Shown piece after piece: positions 12,401 to 22,400 of a DNA stretch of 36,590 nucleotides (its first letter is position 1; the number at the start of each line of letters is the position of its first letter). Source of the stretch: Lenisia limosa (Eukaryota; Protista; Breviatea); NCBI GenBank assembly GCA_001655205.1, contig LPNZ01007618.1, positions 1-36,590 of the forward strand, written 5' to 3'. Below the pieces are notes generated by a model that did not search any database, was not told the DNA's origin, and saw only the letters and a program-made list of their open reading frames with translations. Both the position numbers and the translations under genes were made by a program.

Positions 12401-15400
12401 GGATCGTCAATTGGGTTATCCTGGGGGAGGTAAACCATGGAAAAGTAAAGCCAGGAAGTGAAGTGGGGAGTTCTGCAGGAAAGATTTTGGAAGTTTTTGA
12501 ACGATGCATTATTTGACAGACGTAGCTAACAGCATTAAAATATGAAGCAAACAACTAAGTTCATCTGGTGTCTCACTTGGAATCCTCCTGGGGGCTGAAT
12601 GCCATTAGGAGCAATAATGCCATGTACATCACTCGCAATTGACAGCCGGACATCATCAGCTACTGAGAGCATGCCTGACAAGGTGGTTAGAAGGGGAAAC
12701 GGGGAAAATACATATTGACAATATAGCGTGGATTTTGTCGAGACAACGACCGGAAGAATAGACAAGCACAGTATCGTTTTTAACCGAGGGATTCAGTAAT
12801 TATTATGCCCACCTTTGACAACACTCTCCACTAGGTTAGAACTGTCGCCTTCCAGAACGTTGACAAATCCGAAACCAAACTCATCAATGAGGGCTGAAGT
12901 CGGGTTAGTAGGAGAGTCGAAATATGGACCCCAGCTTTAAGCATGGGAACGATGTGTTTTGAAAGATATAAAACACACTGGAATGAACAGTTATGCACGC
13001 ATATACTTGAATGGTATCAGAGAACAACAAACGTTAACACATAGTATTATGTTGATATACTACCCCTTGTAGAAGGCATCAATCATACACCAACGGTTAA
13101 CATACAAACACACATGGTAACGCTCCAACAAGGATGAATGCATACTACCGCTACCAACCCTGGTAAGTTTCGAAATGGTTGGCAGTGACGGCGACGATGG
13201 GGAAGATGTTGTTCGTCACCAGTCCGGCCCGGGCCTGTCCCACGGAGGGGTAGTCTGACCCCATGCCAGGTGTGGCTCCTGTGGGGGTAAACTCAGGGAA
13301 TTAGTTGCAATTCGACCAAGTCAAGAAATGACACATACTATATAAATAGAATCAATAGAATAGATAATATGTGCCAAACATACCCTTGACGTTTGGTGGC
13401 GTGAGAGTGCCGTCATTGGGGTTATGAAGACCAGCTAGGTAGCCTTCGCCATATTGATGGTATGGAGCTTCACGAATAACGGGGAAAATAAAAATAAAAA
13501 CGATACTCCTCTTCAAATGGTTCACCATAAGAAAGTCGACAACCACTGACCAATATGGGAGTTGTGTTATATTGGGAAATTTCCACGTAAAATCGAAAAT
13601 GAGATGATTACTAACACTTAATCTGCGACCCCTAGGATATATTTTCAAGTCCAACCGTCGGTTGAGAGAAGGATGAGATGCCTTGACNNNNNNNNNNNNN
13701 NNNNNNNNNNNNNNNNNNNNNNNNNNNNNNNNNNNNNNNNNNNNNNNNNNNNNNNNNNNNNNNNNNNNNNNNNNNNNNNNNNNNNNNNNNNNNNNNNNNN
13801 NNNNNNNNNNNNNNNNNNNNNNNNNNNNNNNNNNNNNNNNNNNNNNNGAATTTCGTTGAGATAATCAATATTAAAAAAACTCCCCCATACCTCGGAAGCC
13901 ATAAGAAGAGCGGTCAGTTGGGACTCCGGAATATCACCGCCATTGTAGATTCTAAAATTGTCAGCTGAAGCAGAATTACTTTCTAAAAATCACTCGATTC
14001 ATCTCAATCTTCATCAAAATGAAGGTCCCAACCTCAGGTTATCGAACACTTCCTGGAGGAGCTCGGTGTTACTTGTAAGTGCCGAGTCAACTTGATACTC
14101 GTAATCTCCTTCAGTTTCTGAAAAGTAAAAATGAGTTACTTTTTGTCAGCATCATCACAAAAGAGAAGTAAACACTAGGATACAATCATTGTCAACCCAT
14201 TGCGGAAAGCAGAGTGTCAAAGTCAATGAACATCCTAACTGAGTGTAGATCCTTACCTGAACCAAACGGAGGGAACGGCTTATCGACAAACGAGGCGACG
14301 CCAAAAGTCGAATCATCCTGAATCGCCTTGACCGCGTTGATGAGCTAGACGTGGGATTAGAAAGGACAAACAAAGAATAAATCAGCGTGTTCCAAAACAC
14401 ACTCATTGGCTCATCATATGGTATTTTCATTGTTGCATTGATGTGTCCATTTCAGAGAATAATTTTGTGTTGATTGGTAAGTTTTATCAATCCCATCACC
14501 AACATCAGGAAGCACAGCTCTGAGAGTGATGATATCGTCATCAAATGAGGTGGACAGATCTTCAAGAACTAAACAGTCAAATACAAAAACAAATAATCTG
14601 AATATGGAACCAATATGACTAGTCATAACTACATCATGGCCATGAATTGTGAAGAAGTTCGAGCAACATTGCAGTGTACATGTCACGAGATATTCCAGGC
14701 ATCTTACTGAGGAGGTCAACCGGGGCCGGGCGGGCAGGCCAAACTGTGATAGGGATTTCGAGGGGATCTCCAGGTCTACGGATGAATTAGTCATTCGTGG
14801 TAACAATAAATATATAAGTTGAAAGCAAACAACCAGTATTGAAGATAGGATACAGTATTATTTTCGTACCGAAGGAACACATTGAGAGTTGTGGGGTGTA
14901 ACAGCGTATCCGCAGTTTCATCGTCAGTGGTTAGCACTTCACTAACTGGGAACTAAACAGGTGAGCCATTGTCTGTTTTCAAGTTGAAGATGAAATTGTA
15001 TTCAAAAAGCTGACGAACAAAATGCACATCAATCAAGAATGAGTGTCAAAATACTACATGTTTCCAAAAAGCCGGATATATGAGACGGATACTATCACGA
15101 AACGTGTGACTGACTACCATGAATCCCACCATCCAATCATCAACGCAAGGCTCCCCGAAAGGTCCGTCTTCGTTGCCTTGGCTGCATTTAGCTGGGTTAC
15201 TGCACCAGCCGCAGGTGGGCTGGAGACGGAGTAAACTTGAGAAGCAAAGCGAACGGAATGGAAAGTTCCAAGTCAAGTGTAAATCCGGGAAAGTTTAATG
15301 GAATACAGTGAAGCCAGGAAATGAACTACGATGGTGGAATCAATACCAAGGGGTATGTGTTAAATCTCATCAATATTGTTGATAGGGGCCCAAGTAAGTC

Positions 15401-15813
15401 GTCAATGGGGGAGGTGAAGAAAGCAACAAAGAATATGAACAGTGACTAAAAGAAGAAGAAAAGAAAAGAAAAAAAGTCGACGAAAAAACACGATTCAAGA
15501 AAGAATGAGATGCATCTGAAATGATCCCATGTCAATACCTCATGAATGCAGGTGTCACATCGGGTGATTTCAGCGCAATCTGTTGATAGTGAGAATAAGT
15601 TTCACGATAAAGAAGGGAGTTGCCGGATTTTAAAAGCCAGTAGTTATTGTCTGTACCACGGCTAGCTATAGAAACCACGGATGAAAGCTACGAGTCAAGA
15701 TAAATGCAGCATGTTGTAACCCCTTTATCAAGCATATGCAAACCTAAGCCAAGCACCACTGGGAGAACCACTAGGAAAATGGCAACGAAATCAAGCAATC
15801 TGAAAGATCGCAT
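2607..15813 (-). CDS. Integrin beta-like protein, ~55 exons (SP-PSI-hybrid-betaI/vWA-hybrid-~20 I-EGF-PSI-like-TM-NxxY tail)
   Basis: Phase-consistent GT-AG exons assembled by hand from ATG 15813 (MRSFRLLDFVAIFLVVLPVVLGL) to TAA 2609-2607. Integrin-beta motifs: LHPTTLNVFLRPG, PVDLLILEDLSTSFDDD, FGVASFVDKP, GGDIPES, LILLSTDAPYH, LAGLHNPNDG, DYPSVGQ..NNIFPIVAVT, GDSSNLV, repeated CSGxGxCxCGxCxC, RREF..W..ENSLY..NPLY. A few exons fall in N gaps; the last exon is less certain. Confidence 0.92.
3629..4092 (-). CDS. Second, membrane-proximal PSI-like module of the beta chain
   Basis: (CLDACTL)|IDQCSTCTDNDVIGCTWCPVSGE|TGTCFSTNDPPVVHPC from exons 4092-4024 and 3724-3629; same C..C.....C.WC.....C spacing as the N-terminal PSI. 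Confidence 0.72.
4447..12217 (-). CDS. About 20 tandem integrin-type EGF (cysteine-rich stalk) modules
   Basis: About 34 short exons with C-x-G-x-G-x-C-x-CG-x-C-x-C-x-x-G-[WYF]-x-G-x-x-C-x-C, e.g. CSNHGNCNCGVCEC, CSGQGVCNCGECDC, CSGHGSCICGSCDC, CSDHGTCNCGICEC. Counted by eye; module 2 is partly in an N gap. Confidence 0.88.
12813..14775 (-). CDS. Integrin betaI (vWA) domain exons
   Basis: Exons 14775-14708, 14568-14504, 14344-14257, 14117-14033, 13951-13891, (gap)-13656, 13467-13384, 13278-13159, 12893-12813 give DLSTS (MIDAS DxSxS), FDDD, SFVDKP, DIPE, STDA, PNDG, DYPSV, DSSN in canonical order. Confidence 0.92.
15118..15579 (-). CDS. Integrin beta N-terminal PSI domain (2 exons)
   Basis: DCAEITRCDTCIHE|PTCGWCSNPAKCSQGNEDGPFGEPC matches the PSI pattern C..C..C.....C.WC...C. 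Confidence 0.85.
15744..15813 (-). CDS. Integrin beta exon 1: signal peptide
   Basis: MRSFRLLDFVAIFLVVLPVVLGL followed by donor GTTTGC at 15743; phase matches the next exon (15579-15539). Confidence 0.8.
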
Positions 15814-16403
15814 CGTGCGAACGGTCACTGTGACCCACCCGTCTGTCACTTAAAGCTAAATGAGTTAGTTGTAGAAACATAGACATCAGTTTGAAACATC
15901 AACAATTCAATCAGTCTGCTGGGAGGGAGAGGAGACTTTCAATGTCCAAGACCTGTCAGTAACCTCTTGATAACAACCACATTCGTATCAACCGTTTGCT
16001 TCCCATAGCAACGCCAGGAGACCCCTTAAACCTCTGCTTCCGCAACTTCTAGATCGGTGATTGGTACGTCAGCACATGAATTCCTTCTTCTTCCTCGATA
16101 TCTTTTGTTCTCTGGCGCTTTCCTTTACTCTGCTGTGTGTTGGTTGTGTGGACTACGCAAACGCCATCAAAACATCAAAACAGAACACTCAGCACAGTCA
16201 GCACAGTGGCACAGTCCTTTTGTAGCTCTGGGTTAATCCGGCCCGCTCTGGGGGATGTTAATAGGGGTCTGTCCAAATCTGAGGCAATTGACTAGATGTT
16301 GAAATAGGCGGCTATTTTTTACCGTGAATTGATGTTGCGTTGATAACTTGAAGAGGGAAGAACATTGAGCCTTTAGAACCGTCGGAATCAAGCGGAACCC
16401 AAG
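15814..16403. promoter_or_regulatory. Candidate bidirectional promoter/5' UTRs shared by the beta and alpha-like genes
   Basis: 590 nt between divergent ATGs; three GCACAGT copies at 16192-16215. Promoter function is inferred from geometry only. Confidence 0.6.
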
Positions 16404-19400
16404 ATGATCATCTGGCAGTTGAGCTCGTTCCTGTGCGCTCTCTTCTGCTTGGCTTTGCTTCCATTTAGTACAACAGCAATATCGGTGTCCACAGAGGCAG
16501 TCGCTCCCTCAACTTCGTCATCAGGCGTCCATTTCAATTCAGATGATTGGCAGATCAACCTGTCAACTGTTTCGGTATGTCCGTTCATGGTTGCTTTTGC
16601 GGGTTTCTGGGTGCTTTAGTCAGTCAAAACTTAGAAATATATATGTTATCATATAGCGTTATTTTTTTCCTCCTGTTTTGATTAGAGTTCCAATTCAATC
16701 AATCCGACATATTGTGAAACTCATTTCTTGAGTCTTGGTGTATCAATCTGAAATGTCATTCATGTATCACTGGATTTTTGATTGTTATGCTCCAGGTTCA
16801 GGACTACGCCTCACGGGAAACCCTCAATTGTGAATTCCACAATGTTGTCACCGTGGGTCGAGGGACGGTTCAGAGTGTGTCATTGATGTTCATAATGCTT
16901 TATGTTCTTCGCTCAAAACATACATAAGTAATGGCAAAAAGTTTTTCGTCACAACTTTTCCTAAAATAGGTCATTTTTTCTAAAAAAATATGTCATTTTG
17001 TAGGGATAAATATATTTCATTCTATTTAAGAACTTAATTACAGGTAATTTCAGACTAAGGTTTGCAATTTTTCCATCATATCGGATTCAGAGGTCGGTTT
17101 AACATTCGAGGCACGGAGTTTGTTATCAAGCAGTTGCCATGCATGCTCAATAGGGTTGAGGTCGGGACTTTGAGCGGGCCACTCAAGTAGAGTGTACGGA
17201 GAATCATTGAAGTACTTCAAACAGATTTAAAAAAAAATTAAAAGCATTTGAAAAATGGGGTAGGACCAATACAAACTGACCTTTTGCAGTATGCTTAGGG
17301 GCATTGTCCTGTTGAAAGATGGAATTCCTGAGGGTCACATGGCTGCAGCACATCTGAAGGANNNNNNNNNNACAAAATATTGAAAGTTCAATTCCATGCA
17401 AAGCAGTCAAAGTCATAGCTATTTTCTATCACTGATTCATTAGAACTGCATAAAAGATAAAATAAAGTACAACATGAATGTCACCATAAGCAGTCATCAC
17501 CTAAAACATCTTACTTCGAATGAAGGCTTGACCTGTCGATGAAGGATCTTGTGGAGGTACTCTTTCTTCATGCCCTTGATTTGGTAGAGATTTCCAACTC
17601 CACCTTTCCCAATAGCACCCCAGACAAGAACTCGCCCACCACCATTTTACATCCCAGGCAGTACCTTCCTTCCTCCAAACGCGAGCGTTACCATCAGGCT
17701 TGAACAATTGGAACTTTGATTCATCAGTCCACATGACACGGTACCATTTGGCAAGCGGCCAATTTAATCTTTCAGTTGCCCACTTCAGTCGATGTTCCTT
17801 GTTCTTGTCTGAAATCCATGGCTTTTTCCTTGCTTTATAGCAGTAATAGCCAGCTTCATTTAATCTTGAGCGCATAATGCGTTCTGATGTGGAAATTCCT
17901 TCTTCTTCCAGCTCCTTTTTGTGCTCAGTCACGGGCTTCAGTGGCTCGGAGGTGACCTTCTCCACAATTCGAGCATCTTCATCTTCTGTAGTTGTTCGTG
18001 GTCGTCCATTGGGCCTGTCGTTAATATGCTCATTTTCTTCTGAAACTTCGTTACACTAGCGATAAATACTTCTCTCGGACATTTTAAGCAGAGAACCTTT
18101 CATTTTGCGTCTAACTTTGACTGGAGACAAACCTGCACGTGCCATATCGTAAACTTGGCCTTTAGTGAGCCATTCTTTGGATTTNNNNNNNNNNNNNNNN
18201 NNNNNNNNNNNNNNNNNNNNNNNNNNNNNNNNNNNNNNNNNNNNNNNNNNNNNNNNNNNNNNNNNNNNNNNNNNNNNNNNNNNNNNNNNNNNNNNNNNNN
18301 NNNNNNNNNNNNNNNNNNNNNNNNNNNNNNNNNNNNNNNNNNNNNNNNNNNNNNNGCTAATTTATATTTAGTGAATGGAACCTTCCTAATTAGGAGGGTT
18401 TAATTTGGTGAATAAAAAAAATCAAAATGGATGCCAAAAATATGAATTTTGGTGCAATTTAGACTTAAAAGGACCTATTTTAGGAAAAGTTATGAAGAAA
18501 CTTTTTGCCATTACTTATGTAGTGCACTGTAAATGGTATGTATTGAGCTTTTCCCGACCTTATTATACCAGATTGTGATATCCTGTTTTGCTGAACCTTC
18601 ACGTTTCCTTGGTCTGTGTCACTATCCCAGGATGCCTCTGGTGGCCGTAAACACGACCTTATCATCGACTCCTGCGACAATCTCTCTGAACTGCCCCCAT
18701 GCATCGTAACAGTGGACGTCACTTCAACTGGTGGGTTGGGTGTCTCGTTTTTGGTGTCCATGTTTGGATGTTGGTGTGACTTAGTTTCGCTTTGCTTATT
18801 TTTGCTTTGGTCATTCTCTCACCCGTCTTCAGGAATTGACCAGATTGAGACCCACGCTGACGGATTTGTCGCTCGCATCGGATCAGAAATCGTCTTTAGC
18901 TACGGTGAGTGTACGGGTGTTTCACCAAAGTCAACATTTATCCATTGATGCTCATCGTCTCTCTTATATTTTTAAGAATAAAAAAATATGGATGTTGAAA
19001 AATACAAAACAAACGGGGTGAGACCTAGGGGACGGCTTCAGGTGTTGACATTCTCGAAATGTTTTTTCGAGCCTTTTCCGAGGCGATGACGAGGAAAAGG
19101 CGAGGAAGAAGCATTGAGAGAATAGAAACTCAGAGACGTACCTTGGGTTGAGGTTCCAGAAGGGACAAGACACCGGGAAAGTTCCCTATGAACATTTTGC
19201 GAAGAAGGTGAGACAAGTAGAAAGATTGCCATCCTGGACTTAGAGTTCTACATCTTTATAAAAACTTAATCACTTTCACCCATGTATGAGGCTGCGCCAT
19301 TTTTTTTTGTAAAAAATCTTACTCATGTTCCCGAGAGTCTAGACTTTTGAGCAAAAATGGCATAGGGATAAAATACAACTTTGAGATGACTGATACATCG

Positions 19401-22400
19401 TATAACATTATTGAATCTTATGTAATTATCTATCTTCTCTGTTTGGTGTCATGTAACTCCCCAGACGGCCTTCTAGTCCAAGATGCCCACTCGAAAACTA
19501 TCATATCACTCGCCAAATACACCGCAGAATCCGCCACGTTTGGCCGTCTCTCATTCCGAACAATGAAAGACTCAGAACTTCCGACAACTTTCGACCCTCT
19601 CGCTTCGAGTCATTCGGCTGTCTTCTCAAGTAGGTTCTATGGAATATTGAGCAGATATTTGAAAATCATATCCAAGCCTATTTTGTACCACGATATTGCT
19701 TATTTATGAGTTCATCTTTATTCAATTAGTTAGCAAAACCATCTTATTTTCTCTGTTCTTCCAATCTTTTCATTACTATGGTGATCCACTTTTAGAGTAG
19801 AGTTAAATATGAGTTATTTGTTACACTTGCAGGTATTGTGTCCAACACTTTTGCGCCATGCCCGACTGGGAGTGACCCCTGCTACATCCACATCACAACT
19901 GCAATGACATACAACGCAGCAGTGGAGTACTGCCATTCTTCGGTGGGGAGGGGAGAATGAGATAAACACAGGGCCTCGCTTCACTCCGAAAGGCTGCATG
20001 TATCTGAATATCTCAGAAGAATATCATTATTTTTAGTCTTTTATTAACCAGAGTGAAGCCCATGATAATCATAAACAGGGCTATCAACATGGGGGTCATC
20101 GCAGTATGACACATATTTTCCGTTGTTTTGATATGCCTTCTTTTCTTTTCACCTCTTCAGGGATGGTTTCTTGCAATGCCCTCGTCAAGTGCCAAGAACA
20201 TTGCCCTCACCGGATATATGTAGGCAATTATCCGAGAAATGCTGATATCAAATTCCATACAACATTTGTTGTCCTCTCTTGTATTTTTAATCCTGACTTG
20301 CAGGCTTTGCTTCTGTTCCTTTAATTACCATTTTTGTGATTTATAAAACAGGATCGTATCTATCATACTTTAACGTCTATTATTTTTTGCGTCATCATCT
20401 CCTGTTACCGGTTCCAGAAGTGCGGATTCCTACATCGGCCTTGCAGCTCTCAGTGGATCCGCGGATTGGTCTTGGGACACGGAGGAGGCGGCAACGTGGT
20501 TCAACTGGGATACGGGATACCCGGTAAGCGGTTGTCATCATCAGGATCGTCAACTCATGATTCAATTTGGAAATTGGACGGGGGTGAATGGGTGCATGTG
20601 GTGGNNNNNNNNNNNNNNNNNNNNNNNNNNNNNNNNNNNNNNNNNNNNNNNNNNNNNNNNNNNNNNNNNNNNNNNNNNNNNNNNNNNNNNNNNNNNNNNN
20701 NNNNNNNNNNNNNNNNNNNNNNNNNNNNNNNNNNNNNNNNNNNNNNNNNNNNNNNNNNNNNNNNNNNNNNNNNNNNNNNNNNNNNNNNNNNNNNNNNGCG
20801 TGACCATTGACTCCGCTGGAAATTGGCGTGATGCAGGCTGTGGTATGACTCTTCGTATTTTATGATTTGGGGAGAGTGATTATATGTTTTATCTTGTTCT
20901 CTGATATATTGGAATATTATACATCAGATCTTCCTGTGTTCTGTGATGTATATCTACATATCACATTGACCTTAGGTTTTAATGCGTATTCTTACCATCA
21001 GATGCTTCTCTTCCATTTACCTGCGAACGTACAACATCCAAGGTTAGTAGGTCGTGGTGTTATCTTTCATTGTTCCCTGTTTTCTTTTAATTTACATCTC
21101 TCGCATTTCCCGGGGGCCTGTGATTGTATGGCATAAACACGCCTCACTGAGTCTGACAATTGTCTATAATAATATAGATGGCGGGCTACAAGGAGATGTA
21201 TTTTCACTGATTTCATCCCATTTCATTAACTACGCCCCACAGGCGCCTTCCATGATGTCGACTCGTCAAAGCATGGGTTCCGCTCTTGCTGTTCTTGACG
21301 TTAACGGAGATGGGTGGGCTGGACCAGGATTGCTCTGGTGTATTTATTGATGTTTCTTGTCATAAATTTTCTGAATTTTTCTGATTATTTTGTTTTTGAG
21401 TTCTGAGCCTAGTTTTGAAGCCCACCAACTTGCTCCTGATTGTATTGTGTAGTCTATTTAAAACTTCCCTGGTTTACACCACTACTAGTATTGCATCTCT
21501 AAACACATAATTAATTACGCTGTATCACACCCTAGTATTTGAGAAATTTGACACCTCCAGTATTGAAGACCTTGTTGTCGGAGCCCATGCCTCAGGTGTC
21601 GACTCTACTGGTGGCGGCGCCATCCTAACCTATCTTGGGACTGCAGGCGGACTGTCAAGTCAAGCTGCAAGGTGGGGACAAAGGGGGTTTTGGTGGCATG
21701 AAATCATGTTGTAGTTTGCCGGACTATCTCGAGCTGTTTGGAAAATGGAGAGGGGATGAGTTGCATATGGTATTATACTAGTTCGTCAGTGGTTGAACCA
21801 ACAGCATATCTTGTATTGTCAGTGTCTCGTGGCTTCTTTAGTGCTGATAGTATCCTCCAGAAGGTTTTTTAAAAATTCGTATTTCCGATGCGGTATAATT
21901 CTTGTTTACCATCAATCATCGACTTACTTCTTTAGCATTGTTCGGTCAACCAGTTCCGGAGAAAAGTTTGGCTATTCACTCGCATCTCTAGGCGATATCA
22001 ATGGTGCGTTTGTTGTTGTTTTGTGTTGTTCATAATATAGTTACACAGTTTGTTGGATTCAGTTTTTTTTTGCTTTGTTTCCCCACTTTACTTCCCTTGC
22101 AGGTGATGGTCTTGATGATTTGTTGGTAGGATCTCCTTCAGGACAGCACTACTTCTCTGGCCTGGTATGATATCCATTTGGTCTTTGGTCCATTTCTCAC
22201 CACAGTTTCTTGTCACCTTTTAATTGGTTCTTATCGTTTGTTATTATTCACAATATTTCTGTTTTACAAAGTTCTTTTCTCCTTTCATATTCCCTATCGT
22301 TTTTAATACCCATTCTAATACCCAAGGTGTCCATCCATTTGGGAACCTCTGTCGGCCCTTCAAGCACGGCTTATCACACCCATCGAAACGCTCCGGTTTG

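Larger units (their letters stand above)
16923..18519 (-). mobile_element. Tc1/mariner (Tc1-like) DNA transposon, 1597 bp, in intron 2 of the alpha-like gene, antisense
   Basis: Terminal inverted repeats CATAAGTAATGGCAAAAAGTTT...AACTTTTCCTAAAATAGGTC at both ends, flanked by TA at 16921-16922 and 18520-18521; internal Tc1 transposase remnants. Confidence 0.92.

Noticed and set aside
17501-17965. Active transposase gene
   Set aside because: The ORF is only a fragment; there is an upstream stop, a frameshift before GGGRVLVWG and a defective acceptor.
18582-18630. Extra alpha exon IVISCFAEPSRFL
   Set aside because: It would need a 19-nt intron and breaks phase; 16852 joins 18631 cleanly.
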